A stretch of DNA of 64,000 nucleotides from Paraspadella gotoi (GCA_051294375.1 CM119270.1:7640095-7704094); one strand, 5' to 3'. Positions 31,955 to 47,129 are shown, counted from the first letter of the stretch. Notes: a model not told the origin generated them from the letters alone. Translations and numbers: made by a program.

Positions 31955-33754
31955 CTTTCTCCAGGTTCAATTCTCTCGTCAGACTTTGTGACTTCGATCC
32001 AGGGTCTCTCTATTTCTTCTCGTCTCTTCTTTTCAATTTCCTTTAGGACTTCGATTTACTCCCCCCCCCTCACCCCGAATCCTTCTCGGGGTCATTGCTC
32101 TACCGCTCCGACCGCGCCATCTATCTTGGACATAACCACGCGTCTGTCACTTTTGGTAGAGTAATGACATTACTCAATTGGCTAAAAAAGAATTGTGTCG
32201 ATCAAATTAGATTATTTTCCATATCTTTAAAACGTTTTAGAACAAATTAAACTGGGTTGTCACTTTTTAAATACTTTTAGAATGCTCTCTGTTTTACATG
32301 TTTAATCGTCAAGGCTTTTTCCTTTAATACAAGTGTTGTCATTTATTTTTTCATTGAATTTTCAATACATATTTCAAAACAAACGAATGGGACAAAAGTC
32401 TATAAATTATAAATTCTCATTGGAAATTATTTTGGATTGTAATATTTTCGTTTGATCTTCTCTTCTATCAAAAGCGCCGACGAAACTGATCTAAGACGCT
32501 CTGTTGTTGTTTCTGTTATTGTCCTTGTTATTGTTGTTGTTGTTGTTGTTTTTTCAATCGATTTCCATCTTCTGATGCCATCGGCGATTCTGCTTCAATG
32601 TGTAATGGAAGAGATTGATGCTCGGAGCGTAATATCGAAATATTGTCAAGTGTACGAACTACGAAATGTTTAGAAAAGATGAAGAAGACGATGGTTTACA
32701 TTTACACCATGCCCTTCTTTTAAGTATATATATATTTTTTATTTATTTTTAGTCGGATCTGCTTATCAGATTTCGAATCTATATTCACTTTTGTGTGGTC
32801 CGGCGGTCCCACCCAAATCTTTGTCGCTAAACCATTTTTATCTTATCAGAAACTCCGGAATTATAATAAATTATGCAAAAAATAAAAAATTATTTTCCGA
32901 TCCGTCGCAGTCCGTTCCCCCCTATAGCATTAAACTCAATATTACTCGTTATTGGATGATGGATTGGAATTATTATAATGAAGTGTTAAGTAGGAAAGTG
33001 TTATGATTTGAGTTGAGCGATATAAAGTTTCGATGGAATCGTGCCGAGTGGAAATGGATGCGATAGTAGAAAAAACAAAAATATATTTCAGTATTTTTGA
33101 ACGACGATTACTCATGAGTGGATGCGGGCGATGACTTGAAATTTTGTCATGTGGTGTAAGCTGTGTGATACTAAAGCTGGAAATTAAAAGTTTCGATGGA
33201 TATCGACTGATTTGGAAATAAGTTTAAATGGAAAAAACAAAAAAACCTGTTTCACTAATTGATATGCTTCTTTTTCTTTTTATATTAAATTTAAATGCAA
33301 GAGATGTATTAATTAATCAAATAATAATCAGTTAATTTAATCAATTTAGACAGATTAAATAATAAAAAATTAATAATCCGTGTCAATTAATCAATCAATT
33401 TTATTATTCAATAAATCAATTTTATTTTAGGTTATTCATTAATTATTAATTATCAATCAATCATTTATTTATTTAAAATAATTAATTAATTTATTCATAA
33501 TCAATCACTCAAGTCAATCCTTATATTGTCATCGTCGCATCATCGGGTATTTATCGTTGCTTTGTCGGGTGGTCAGTGGACGAAAATATCTTAAACAAAC
33601 CCGGTAATCCAATTAATTGATATTTATTACATTAATCCATTATTTATTTTAGTTTAATAGTTTGTACTATTGAATAATTAATAACTTACCGTAATGATCG
33701 TGGGCAGAATCCGACAATTTGTTTTGCCTCAAAACTTGTTTTTATTTTTTTTTT

Positions 33755-33790
33755 TTTATTTATTTATTTATTTATTTATTTATTATTTTT

Positions 33791-33822
<32 letters not shown>

Positions 33823-33995
33823 TTATTTTATTTATTTATTTTTTATTTACTTTATTTATTATTTATTTATTTATTTGTTTATGTATATATTTATTTATTT
33901 ATTCTTATAAAATTTTTATTCTTCTTTTCTTTCTTTTCTTCTTTCTTTCTTTCTTTTTTTCTTTTCTTTCTTTCTTTCTTTTCTTTTCTTTAATT
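33755..33995. repeat. (TTTA)n and (TTTC)n microsatellites
   Basis: Direct inspection. Confidence 0.9.
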
Positions 33996-35054
33996 TTTCT
34001 TTTCATTCCTTCCTTTACACCAATTTTTATTGATTCTTTCTAAGGAAGATTTAATTCAAAAGAATAAAAAAGCACAAAATAAAAATCGATATTTTTTTTC
34101 ACAAAATAAAAAAAAACAAAAATTAGAGCAAAAATTAAATCGAGTATAAATTTGATGAACGTTTTTAAAAGTCCCTTTATTCGCTCGTTGATGCATAACT
34201 TCCATGTCTTTTTCGAAAGCTCTACTCAAATGGCAGCGACAATGACAGGAATCGGTTGCAATTGACGGAAAAAGACGGAAAATGATAGAAAATAAAAAGA
34301 AAAATTTCGGAGAAAAAGGAGAAAAAGAGGAAAACGAGGGGACGAACTAACGGAGAAGTAAAAGGAAAAAAAAAAGACTGAGTTGGACCTTTTGGCAAAA
34401 AAATCTCTTTCATTAAGACGACAGGTGCGACGAAAACTTCAATTCATTCTCTCGATGGAATATTAGCAGATTAAACTAAATCGGACGAAAAGGTAGAAAT
34501 CTTTTCGGAGAGAAAGCTACGGAAGGATTCGATGATTATGATAAGAAAAGGAGTGAAAGCCGATCGGGGAGGAAGAAGCAGGCAGATCGGGGAAAATAAT
34601 TAAGCTGAAACTCATTTTTTTGGTGTTGTTTTTTTTTTGTTGTTGTTTTGTTTTGTTTTTTTAGGCGAGAGATTAGGATAGTGATGAGGAATTTGCGTTT
34701 TTAAAGTTTGAACTGGCTGTTGCGATTTTAATTAGCGTTTTCTACTAAACGTAAAGAAAACATAACATTAACATAACATTGACAATCAAAATATACTTCA
34801 AATTCAAATTCAACATACAGAATGACATAGCAGGTTAAAACCAAAGAAATGGTAGGAGCTTCACTAAGATTATTTTGTTTGTGATTCTATTTTTTTAGGC
34901 AACTTCTCGCGAAATTAGTGGGTCTTTGGGTCGGTCGGTCTGTCGGTCTATTTTGTCGGTTTGTTGGCGACAATCTACAGTCGAGCCAGCCGTTTCCTTT
35001 AATCCACGGAGGCAGCTTTATCGTCTCCAGAGATTTAATGCCGCAAAACGAAGA

Positions 35055-35114
<60 letters not shown>

Positions 35115-35334
35115 AATTCCACGAAATTGACATGAAATTGATCAGGCAGTTGGTCTATTTTTTTTTTCGTCTTTCTTTCAGTTTTCTCCTGATTTCGAAT
35201 CCAAAAAAAGGGAGAGAAAAATTTCAATGGCGACGCAAATGAAATTTAGATTGAGTTGTCTAATTTTTATTTACATGATAAAAATATATGTAAATCTTAT
35301 GCTTAGAACAGAATGAATTGCAATAAACGAAGGG

Positions 35335-35895
35335 ATGAATAAATAAATGAATGAATTAATGAATTTATAAATTAATGAATGAAGGATAGAACGAATAAAA
35401 TAATGAATAAATGAATGAATCAATGGATAAATGAATAAATGATTAAATGAATGAATTAACGAATGAATGAATGAATAAATGAATTAACGAATGAATGAAC
35501 GAATGAATTATTGAATGAATGAAAGATAGACCGAATGAATGAACGAATGAATTATTTAATGAATGAAGTATAGAATGAATAAATGAATGAAAGAATAAAT
35601 GAATGAATTAATGAATGAATAAATAAATGAATTAATGAAAGAATGAATGAGTGAAGGATAGAACGAATAAATGAATGAAAGAAAAAATCAATGAATGAAT
35701 GAAAGAATGAATCAATGAATGAATAAATGAATAAACAAATGAATGGATGAATGAATGGATGAATGATTTATTGAATGAATGATTTATTGAATGAATGAAT
35801 TATTGAATGAATGAAGGATAGAACGAATAAATGAATTAATGAATGAATAAATGAATGTATGAATGAATAAACGAATGAACGAATGAACGAATGAA
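35335..35895. repeat. long imperfect (GAAT)n microsatellite
   Basis: About 560 nt of GAAT/AAAT units. Confidence 0.9.
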
Positions 35896-37788
35896 AGTTC
35901 AAAAAGAGCGATCCATCAACATGAATCAATACGAATTCGTCTAAAATCTTTTTCGTCGACGTCTATATTCCGATTTGCAGAAGAGAAAGCGAAAGAGGAA
36001 ATTCCAAAGACGACGATGGAACCGAGAAATCGGATCTGCTCCTTTTTTCTTTTTGTCCTTTTCTTTTTTTCACGAGTGAGTTTTGATTGTTTTTTTTTGT
36101 TTTTTTAATTTGTTTTATATGTTTGTGTTATTTTTTTTTGCACGATTGTGAAGAAAAGGAAAATGTTAAATATAAAAAATTATTTCAAAAACTCGTTTAA
36201 AAAATATTTAAAAGAAAGATATAAAAAATAAATAAACAAGAGAGAAAATAGAGAAAAGAAGCGACGTAGAAAAGATGAGTTGAACAAACCCCAAAAAATG
36301 ACCGTCTTTACAAAACAGAAAACAGAAAACAGAGCAGAAAACCACTTTTNNNNNNNNNNNNNNNNNNNNNNNNNNNNNNNNNNNNNNNNNNNNNNNNNNN
36401 NNNNNNNNNNNNNNNNNNNNNNNNNNNNNNNNNNNNNNNNNNNNNNNNNNNNNNNNNNNNNNNNNNNNNNNNNNNNNNNNNNNNNNNNNNNNNNNNNNNN
36501 NNNNNNNNNNNNNNNNNNNNNNNNNNNNNNNNNNNNNNNNNNNNNNNNNNNNNNNNNNNNNNNNNNNNNNNNNNNNNNNNNNNNNNNNNNNNNNNNNNNN
36601 NNNNNNNNNNNNNNNNNNNNNNNNNNNNNNNNNNNNNNNNNNNNNNNNNNNNNNNNNNNNNNNNNNNNNNNNNNNNNNNNNNNNNNNNNNNNNNNNNNNN
36701 NNNNNNNNNNNNNNNNNNNNNNNNNNNNNNNNNNNNNNNNNNNNNNNNNNNNNNNNNNNNNNNNNNNNNNNNNNNNNNNNNNNNNNNNNNNNNNNNNNNN
36801 NNNNNNNNNNNNNNNNNNNNNNNNNNNNNNNNNNNNNNNNNNNNNNNNNNNNNNNNNNNNNNNNNNNNNNNNNNNNNNNNNNNNNNNNNNNNNNNNNNNN
36901 NNNNNNNNNNNNNNNNNNNNNNNNNNNNNNNNNNNNNNNNGGGGAGGAGGAAAGGGGAAAGTGGGAAGAGGGTGCGGAGGAGGGGGCAGAGGATGAAGAG
37001 TGAGTGCGTGGGAGGAAGAGAAAGAGGAAAAACGGATCTGTGGATGAAACGAGGATAATGAGAAGGAAAAGGAAAAGGAAAAAAGTAAAAACTGGACGGA
37101 TGTATGGATGGATTGGAAGGTTAGACGGACTGACAGGACCGAAGGGCTGATGAATTAAAAAGTAAGAGGATTAAGTGAATTAATATATTAACCAATGATT
37201 GAGGGAATGATGGTTGGATAGATAGATTGACGGATAGATGGATGGATAGATGGAGAGAAAGATGAATGAGATAATGTATGGTCATTTAATGTCCAGGTGA
37301 GAAACGGAAAAAACTTCTCTGGATAGGTTTTTCTATGATCAGTTCATTTGCCTTTTCAAGCTAAAAAAGTAATATATAATTTTTTTATTACACCCTATAT
37401 ATTTTAAAATTAAACAAAGACTAAGTCATACTAATCAATGTCTCTTTTTACTTTATAATAAGTTCTGCATATTAAAGTCTTTTATCATCGAGTTAAAACG
37501 AACGACGAAGAGCGGCCATTCACGGAGGTGTTAGGTCTGACATGGGCTTCCAAGGGAGCAAGCCACGANNNNNNNNNNGAAATTGAAAAGTTGCCAGTCT
37601 CATCTCTCTTTCCCTTTTTTTCTCTTCGAGATTTGTTTTTACTGTTTTTTGTTTTGTTTTTTTTCTTTGTTTTTCTGTTTTTTTTTTCTTTTTTCTCTCT
37701 TTCATCCCTGTTTCTCTCTCGGCATTTTCGCTTTGTTTTTTTCCTGTTTTCATGTGAAGCAGGGAAACATTATAACGGGGTCTCTCTT

Positions 37789-37840
<52 letters not shown>

Positions 37841-38344
37841 CCTGGCGCCACAAACGATCCTTCCCCGTCCTGTTGATTGTCGTCGACGCCGTTAAAGCGA
37901 CGCCCCGCGGCGAGAGATTGACCGCCGTGGAATTTCTTTTCGTCTCGCCCGCGACTGACGGCTGCGTCGGAAAAGTTTGCTTTTAATCGTTTCACGTAAT
38001 ATAAATTTTGAGGTAAAATTTGATAACATCTATATATCTATATTATGTATTAATTTTTCTTTTATATTTAATTATTCTTTTCTTTTAATTACTCATTATT
38101 TCCCAGGTTATCATTTATAATAGTTTATTAGAAAAAAAATATTTAAAAAAAAAAAAAAAAAAAAAACAACGAATTAATGCCAAAATTTTTTTTGAGAGAT
38201 AATTTGACAATTTTATTTATTTTCTTGAAAAGAAATAATCACGTTTGTTTTTCCAGAAGATTTTTAAATATTTGATCTATAAGTTATCATTAATAGAGTT
38301 GTTTCAAACTAAAACTATGATAACCATCTATCTGTAATTGCCTT

Positions 38345-39186
38345 TGACTTATTATACACTGCTTATGCCAATTTTCCATTTTGCAAGAAAGCTGTTTTTT
38401 CTGATTACCCTACATCCCATATATCACATAAGACAATATAATCGCAGTAATCTGCAAAACTAATCCCTTCTTAAGTAATACTCTGTATAGATCGGTAATA
38501 CTTATCTCACAGTGAATAATGAGCAGGGGATATTTCTCGAATCGATATGATAATTGTTTTATTAGCATTCTTCGATTTAAAAAAAAACACACAATTCCTT
38601 TTGTCAGAGAACCGAATCATAACAGTTAAACAACTGAGATCGCCGAAGTTTGACAAGAAGCAAAATGCCATTGCTCAAAAAACAGATTCTCACAAAAAAA
38701 GCCTGAATTAGGTTAAAATTAAAAAAGATTGACTTTTCTTTTGAATATTTTAAAAACAAGAGGGAGAGATATTACACTAGTTCTTTCCAGAAAAAAAACT
38801 AATTAATCAAGGGAAAAGATGAAGGACACGCCGCACAATACAAGCCTAACATGAAGCGAACAAACCAGTCAATCGACTATCCACGCTCCCGCCAATGGTT
38901 TTCCAGATGTTGTAGGACTCAAATCGGACACTACATTGTGTGTGGATATGTATGTTCCATCACCATAAAAATCATTGAACGTCTCACGATGCAATGAACA
39001 AGAAAACTGCCAAAAAATACACACGATAAACCAAATCATTATCAGTGATGATGCTCTCTGAAATTAACCAGCACGAGGTGTCCGACCGCACGTCTTCAAA
39101 ATCTGTGAGGCAAGTCAGCAACGAGGACAGAAACGGTGTTGATTCATACCCACCTCCCAGACCGGTGACGTCAATTTCCCCTTCAT
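38345..39186 (-). pseudogene. inverted, error-rich copy of the 5' half of the XK-related gene (probably an assembly artefact)
   Basis: Reverse complement of 43642-44305 / 59229-59860 (e.g. AATTTTCCATTT..GCAAGAAA; ATG at 39186). It is part of an inverted block 38341-40947. Confidence 0.7.
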
Positions 39187-42100
39187 TCCTGGCGGATCAT
39201 TCTCTTGTATGCTACAATGAATCGATTACTTACTTATATCTATAGGCTTAGGTAATCGAGGCGAACAAAAAACTTGAAGGCGCTCCCTACTCATTCCGGT
39301 AAGCCAGCACATGACGTAATTATGAGCTTGCGAACAGAGGAAAATTTAAGATAACGATACAAACTGTTCAAGTTTATAAGAGCGACACACTTTCGGGACT
39401 GTCAGAGATGATATCCCGAATCGAAGACAAGGTGGCGACGTTGTGACTGCGGAAAACATGTCTGACCCTGAGTGACAGATTTATCTGAAATTGGAAAGGA
39501 AACTGCGCCCCGATTCTCCCATATTGCAAGGATGTTTAACGTCTTGATGAGTGGTTGATGTATTGATGATTTTATCGCCTATATGATACATCGTATTAAT
39601 TGCGAACTTGCACCTATATACTCAAATGTATCAAGTAGTTAACAGTAGGCTAGAGGAAAAGTAGACGCGAGAGAAGTCGTTAACTATTTGGCCACAACAG
39701 ATAATAACACAATTACAAGACCGATGATATCCATCGCAAATGATAATAATCAGGACCAAAAACAGAATCAATTCGTGACCTCGGATAAATATCCGCCTAA
39801 CGTCGTGGATTCCGAGCGAACATGCATCCAAGAAAGCTTCTTTAATTAGTTGACAACAAGATAATTTAATACACATACATCTGTAAATAAGAGTCTCAAC
39901 GTCCCTGGACTGTGCGCCCTGACAGTATCTCTTTTATATAAGCTCTCTTTTTTCTTAATATCTTTCGTGTATTTAGATTCGTGTTCTTTCTTTCTGCTTC
40001 TTCTTTTCTTTCAAACGGCATAAGCTAGCAATATGTACGTTATTATTACTTTAAACGTATATACATATGTAGTTTGTGATTATTGATATGAATTCGGATT
40101 ATAAACTTGAAGCGGTCAAATTTTATTACAGGCAAATGCTGGCGCCAACGTGAAAAAGAAAATCTTACAACGGCAACATCGAGGCAAATTTTCTATGTGG
40201 TAAGATATGACCTGTTACCTGTTTAGTAAGGCGGCCAAAACTTGAAGCCACTCTTTTAATAACTTCGTAAGTCTCTCTCCAAGAAAACAATTCATTTCTT
40301 TTCCTTCCTATTACTAAATCGTATTTTTCAGATCAACTTGGGTGTATGCCAACTGAGCTATTTTTAATTTATATTTATTAAGTATATAATAAATGACAAA
40401 AATTAAAAAAAATAATAATCTTTTTTCAAGAACGGATTCCATATAGAGCTTGGAAAAGTTAAATTAAAAGCTTGAGTATTTACAAGAATAAAAAAAAGAA
40501 AGTTCGGGAAGGAAAGAGTTGAAAAAGAAAGATTTTGAGGCGGAAAAAACTGAAAGAAAAGAAAGAAAGATAAGACCCTGACAAATATTAAGGAATGACA
40601 GAAAGAAGAAAAGAAAAGGAAAAAAAGGAAGAGAACGATAAGACCATTGATCAGTCTTGGGAAGCATAAAGCAATTCATCATTAAACTATGGTGCTGGAG
40701 TCAAGGATTTGCCGAGAAAAGAAAGTTAAAATGAAAAAGAGATCTCCATTGGTTCAATGAAAGAGAAAGGCGTTGCGCGTTGGACATTAATTAGGACGAC
40801 TGAGAAGCTATGAAAAGACGAAGCGGATGAACAACTGCAAGATGATTTGCATACTGATACAACTTTTTGTTCGTCTATAACTATTAAACCATGGTGGCCA
40901 AAATGTATTTTAGGCTCATTTAAAAACAAAATTATAATTCCAATTACNNNNNNNNNNNNNNNNNNNNNNNNNTTATAGACGAACAAAAATTGTATCGTAC
41001 TCAAATCATTCACGTCACCTCTTTTCATCTCCTTCTCCCGTCCTATTATTCCAACCCAACGCCTTTCTCTTTGAACCANNNNNNNNNNNNNNNNNNNNNN
41101 NNNNNNNNNNNNNNNNNNNNNNNNNNNNNNNNNNNNNNNNNNNNNNNNNNNNNNNNNNNNNNNNNNNNNNNNNNNNNNNNNNNNNNNNNNNNNNNNNNNN
41201 NNNNNNNNNNNNNNNNNNNNNNNNNNNNNNNNNNNNNNNNNNNNNNNNNNNNNNNNNNNNNNNNNNNNNNNNNNNNNNNNNNNNNNNNNNNNNNNNNNNN
41301 NNNNNNNNNNNNNNNNNNNNNNNNNNNNNNNNNNNNTGATGAAGCTTTTCCCAAGATTACATCTTTTTCTTCTTTTTCTCTTTTTCCTTTCTTTCTTTCT
41401 GTCATTCTTTAATTATGTCAGTCTTTCTTTCTTTTTTTCTTTCAGTTTTTCCGCCTCAAAATCTTTCTTTTTCAACTCCTTTCCTTCCCAAACTTCCTTT
41501 TTTCTTCTTCTCTTCTTTTTCATGCCTCATAACCCATAAACGTTTATAAGTTTTCTCTTTTCTTTCTTCGTTTGATTCTTTTTTCTACAATTTGTTTTCT
41601 TTTCCTCCTCCCATTTCTTCCATAATTATTCTCTCAGCCTTCATCTCGGAACTTCTTTTTGTTGTCTTACGATCTCTGGGCAATTATTGTTTTGGTTACT
41701 ACATACTGATTTATTACCCTTACCCACACATACTCATACATATTTAAGTGCAATGGATAGAAAAACCGCAGTAGATTGTATAACTTAGCTACGTTCACAA
41801 TTTAAACTTTTATTAAATGATATTAAGTACAAAAATTAACGTTAATACTAAACATAGTAAACAGGTCATATATTCACATCGACAATTTGCTTACCCTCCT
41901 TGATGTTCCGTTTAAATTTTCTTTTTACGTTTCCCATTGTTTAAAATTTGACCGCTTCAAGTTTATAATCAATTCATACATAATCAACTACATACATATT
42001 GCTGCTTATGCCGCTACGAAAGACACAGAAAAAAAAGGAAAAGAAAGAAAGAAAACGAATCTAGAATAAAAGAGACCTATATAAACAGATAGTCAGCCAG

Positions 42101-42607
42101 GGACGTTGACCTTTTACAGTATTCATGTAGATATGTAGATCAATTACTTTGTCACTAATTCTAAANNNNNNNNNNTCAGTGATTGCGCTGATTGTGGATT
42201 TTAATTTTCTTCACTTTATTTCCGTTACTGAATAATCAATCAATAATCAATCTATGCAATCAATAAATACATCAATACATCTATACATTCACAACTCAGC
42301 AAGACCTTAAACACCTTGCATATGCGAATCGGGGCGTTCTTTCCAATTAAGTAAATCTGTCACTCAGTCAGCATGTTTCCCTGTCACTCACCTTGTCTTC
42401 ATTCGGATATCATTTCGATATCCCGAAATGTCAGTCGCCTCTTATAAACTTGACATTTATTTATCAATTTCCGCTCTTTCGCCAATGTAATCGTCATTTG
42501 TGGTTACCGGAAGAGAGGAGCGCCTTCAAGTTGTTTTTTTTCCCTTCGATACAACTTGATATAATATATATATATATACGTATATACAAAGAATAATCCG
42601 CCAAAAG

Positions 42608-42682
42608 ATGAAGGGAAATGCGTCACCTCTGGAGGTGGTTATAGTCACCGTTCTGTCCGTTGCTGACTTGCTCACAGATTTG
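42608..42682 (+). CDS. 5' start of an XK-related gene copy, cut by a gap
   Basis: MKGNASPLEVVIVTVLSVADLLTDL, the same start as 43642 and 59229. Confidence 0.55.
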
Positions 42683-43641
42683 ANNNNNNNNNNNNNNNNN
42701 NNNNNNNNGGGAAAACTCAAGGGATTTTTAAAAATGAGAAGCTATATCTTAATTTTAATACAAATAAAAATAAATCGTTACAACTATGATTGGAAAAATG
42801 GGAAAAACTTCCAATGTAAACCATTGTAAACATTGTTTGCCTTTTTTATTTATTTTTTTTTATAATATTTTTTTTAAAATAATAATTTTGAGCTTGTGAT
42901 AAACTATTTAATAAATTAAATTAAATTATGCAATAAAAATTTGACCTCGGTCTGGTTCTTCCTAAAAAAGAACATTAAAAATTTCATTCAAGATTAAAAT
43001 TTTTTAAATGAGGAAATAAAATTTTTTTTGATAAGTAAAAAAATATTTGGAAGTCAGAAATATTCATAGTTTTACTGAGTATTTTCAACTATATATGTTG
43101 TTACTAGGGATTATAATTTGGATGTATTATTGAAAAGAGTTTAGCTTATCCGACAAGTTTTTTTCTCTGAAAATAGGGGTAGACCCTCAATGGGGTGAAT
43201 CATTTGATTATCATCACATCAGTCATTTGTTATCAATGCATCAATTATTGGTATCATCGTGTCATATTTGGTTAATCATCTGCAATCAATATTGTGGTTA
43301 TAAAATCGTATCAATATTTGGAATATCCTTGGGTTTACCGATCGAAAGCTGGCTCGATCCTATGCTTTTAAGATTTGTTTATATTTAATTATCTTTTCTT
43401 TTTAATTAGCTCATATATTTCCAGGTTATCAATTTATAATAGTTATCTTAAAAATATATTAAAAAAAACAAAACGAATTAATTAATTATTTAATCATTCT
43501 CCGCTCTTTAAGCTCAGATGTAATTGTCATTACGTTGGTTTACCGGAAGAGAGACGCTTCAAGTTTTTTTTTCCCTTCGATACAACTAGAATAATAAAAA
43601 TTCGATCATCGTATATACAAAGAATATCCGCAGCCCAAAGG

Positions 43642-44696
43642 ATGAAGGGAAATGCGTCACTCTGGAGGTGGTTTGATCACGGTTCCGTTGTTGCTGACTT
43701 GCTCAGCAGATTGAAGCCATCATCGACGCACCTCTTCGTTCGAGCCGACGATCATAATGATTTGGTTACTGTTTTTGACAAGAGTTTTTTGTTTCAATTG
43801 CGTCGCTTCAACGATTATGGTTTGACACATCATTACAAGCAATGAGCAATCATTATTCCTAACATCTGGAAAACTTGGCGGCGAAAAGCGATGAACGGTT
43901 GTTCTTAATTTGGTTGGATTGGCGGCGATTCCTCTTTCCCTTGATTTTTGTTTGTCGGAGAAAATTGGGAATTCTCCTCTCGTTTTAAAATTCAAAGAAA
44001 ATCATCTTTTTAATTTGAACCTAATTCAAGCTTTTTTGGAATCGTTTTTACAATTGCTTCTTCAAACTGCATCTCAGTTTTTACTTATGATTCGTTCTAA
44101 AAATGAATTTTGTTTCTTTAATGAAGAATCAATAAACAATTATCAACATTTGAGAAAATTTCCCCTCATACGCGGAAAAGTATTCGACTACTACAATTTT
44201 AAAAATGAAAGCTTTTTAGATACTCGTTTAAATTGTTATTGTGAAATGGGTTTGGGTAACGAAAAAAACTTTTCTTGCAAATGGAAAATTCGCGATTATA
44301 GCAAGGTAATCTCAATGGTCCTCTCATCTACCACTTTGATTGGAATTATTTTTAAAATACGGTGTTTCGGATTGCTAAATTATAAGGGCAAAAAAAATAT
44401 CAAGACGATCAGTGTCATTTTGGGATGTATTCAAGGAAGCATTGGACTTGGGTTGAGCCTTTACGTAATTTTCTCGCATATCGCGCAATACTCTCTCTTT
44501 TTCTTAGTTTTTTCTCCCTTTATAATTAGTCGCGTTTTTACTTTTTATGAGCTTTCATACTTTATCTACTCAATCAAGCAAAACTTATTTTATTTTGAAG
44601 ATCTGCCAGTTCATAAATTGAAAGAAGACTGGAACCAAAAATTTTGTGCCCTTTTCTTCATTTTTTTTATTGTTTCTATTGGTTTAAATTTTAAGA
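43642..44696 (+). CDS. XK-related (XKR-like) multipass membrane protein, 5' half, frameshifted and cut by a gap
   Basis: N-terminal ADLLTDL resembles the XK first-helix D...D motif. LNLIQAFLESFLQLLLQ resembles the XK-family motif EAFLESAPQLxLQ. Many hydrophobic segments and no introns. Confidence 0.65.
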
Positions 44697-44789
44697 NNNN
44701 NNNNNNNNNNNNNNNNNNNNNATTATCGAATTTTTTCTAGGCGCCGATTCCCCCATAATATAATCGATAATACTCTTTAGTATTCGGGA

Positions 44790-46620
44790 TAATGTTATTT
44801 TATGATTTTATTCGAATCGGTGAAAATTTGTCTAGACGTTCTTATGCTCGAAAACAGGGCGGACCCGAACCTGGTCGTGAAGGCTCTCGATCGGCGCAGA
44901 ATCGGCGGGATCCGAGGCGCCAACCTGACGCAAACACCTGGCGGCGGCCTGAGTCCGGGGCGGCGGGCGGCGGCTGGAGCGGCGCTGCGGCGGGACGGCT
45001 TGAGTCGGCGGGCGGAGGAGTCGAAAAACCCCAATTCCGTCGCTATTTCCTTCCCGATGATCGTCGCAACGGACTCTTGCGTCTCGTCTCCTGTTGAAAC
45101 GGCGCGTCGGCGTGTCCAACCGTGCGGATTGGCTTCCTCCGTCGAATTTTCCTGCGTCTGCTGCGTGGCCCGGCAGCGTCGACGTGCGCTGCATCGATTG
45201 TTGCTGCCGCCCACTGCTGTTGATAAGGCGAAGTGCTGCCGATCGTTTGCTGCTTGAGTCTGGAAACTGCTGCATCATATGTTGCTGGCCCGTCGGAAAT
45301 TGCGCATCTGCTTGAGGTTGCTGCATCGGAAATTGCAACATTCGGTTTATATTGCCGCATAGTGATGGCTGCACCTGCTGTCCCGCCATCTGTTGCAATT
45401 GTCGTAGGATTCGCAGAACTTGCCTGTGAGCCTGCGTACTTTCTTGAGAATGTTGGACAAAAATCGGGCGGCAGCATTTTGATCGTTATCACCCAAACTG
45501 GTGGCGGCGCGGAAACGACGTTCCAATCCATCTGAGTTCCTGGCGCCATCATTCCCGGGAGGCCGGCGGCACGCCCACTCCTTCGAATTCCGTTGAGCGG
45601 TTCTCTTATCATCGCGCCTCTTCTTCCGCCTTCACGCAACTGCTCTGCTGTCAGTATGTTGTCGCGTTCCAACCTCTCGACTCCCGCGACATTGTTCGAC
45701 AAACCAGGAACTTCGGTGCGGTCGTCCAAGAAGTACTGCTTCGCCGACGAGATGTCGCCACGAATCGCTTCCCCCCTCCTTTCTCCGTTGCGTTGCGAAG
45801 AAGGCACCGACGGCTCGCGCTTCCCTAGGGGGCGTCGTCTTCGTCGCATGCCGACAGGGTACCGTGTAGATCGCCATCGTTCTCTCAGCGCGTCGAGGTT
45901 CCCCCGGTTACTGCTCCGCCCATTGGCGCGGCTGCAGTCATAATTTTGTTGGATCATGTTTGCTGCCCGCCTTCCCTCTCACTCGGCACGTAGAGTCGGC
46001 GTCCCGGCTTCTTGGAGCGGGAACGGTCGATCTGACACTGGTGCTCTGGACTTGTGCCTGCGTGCGTGCGGTACTCGCATCTGAGAACACGGTGACAGTT
46101 CGGAGCGCCGCCGGCGTTTCCGTCGACCGCCATGTTCCGATCTGCCCAAACATCGTCGGTCTTCAAGACTTCACAACAGCGGGTCCCCGTCCTCGTATCG
46201 TCGAACGTGCAGTGGGCGATTCATCCTGGCAGCGGGCAATCATCGCCCGGAAATTTCTGATTACCAGCGTCATCACACCGACGTCAACTCCTATGGTCCG
46301 GAAGCCATTGGCAGGCAATGCGTAGTGACTCGAAGGATATTTTTGATCAACTCCCGTCTCGTCGTATCTTCATCCAACGATCGGTCCCGGCACTTCGTTT
46401 TGTACATCTGGAAAGTTGTACTTCAAACCCGTCTCTAATGCACGGCATGATGCTCCGAAACTCTACACTTCCGGCACCATCCTCCCGCCAGCGGCTGTTC
46501 CTATTGCTCTTCGCGTCACCCTCGCCTGAACCACATCATTCTCTCGCACCAAATCCGAGCGTGCGGCACGCCTCCAGATTCTCGTCCTCATCTCGTCGCT
46601 AGAACGCACATCGATCACTG
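44790..46620 (-). CDS. GC-rich terminal exon(s) of an unidentified gene with a Q/P/M-rich C-terminal region, frameshifted
   Basis: Long overlapping minus frames (45043-45957, 44832-45398: QQMAGQQVQP...QFPMQQPQ...QQHMMQQFP). GC island bounded by AT-rich DNA. Confidence 0.45.
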
Positions 46621-47129
46621 TCGTATTTTAGTTCTATTTAATTTCAGTTCACTTCGTTGCTCTTTTGTTCATCGAAAATGTTCTCAACACCGTGCTCCAA
46701 AATTATCGTTTCCGGCCTTGATTCCCGTTATTCCTGTTTAAATAATAAATTCGGTTTATTTCGGCGAATTTCATTTCTTTCTGGTATACTTCCCCTCCCG
46801 CCCCAAAGGAAGGAAAATCGCAGTATAAAACTAATTTATTGTTATTCGAATTCGCCAACAAAAATAATTGTTATACCTCGTGCCATTATTTTTTTAAAAT
46901 TTTTAAATATACGTGCGTTTTCAAACCGTGTACATAGCATTTGCAAAATAAGAAATTACTAGCGCAGAAAACAGGAATCGAGAATATACGTATAAATAAC
47001 CAAAACGTCGCAATTTATTAGATATGAAGCAATTAAAATACATAGATCACATCGACACGTACCGTATTTTCGTTATATCGTTCCGTCCTCTAATAACCAC
47101 AACAAGCTGAGTGCTGTCTCTCTAGCATT

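Noticed and set aside
40140-40153. TGGCGCCAACGTG resembling a tRNA-Lys PBS
   Set aside because: It lies in the noisy inverted copy of 58425-58445, with no adjacent LTR.
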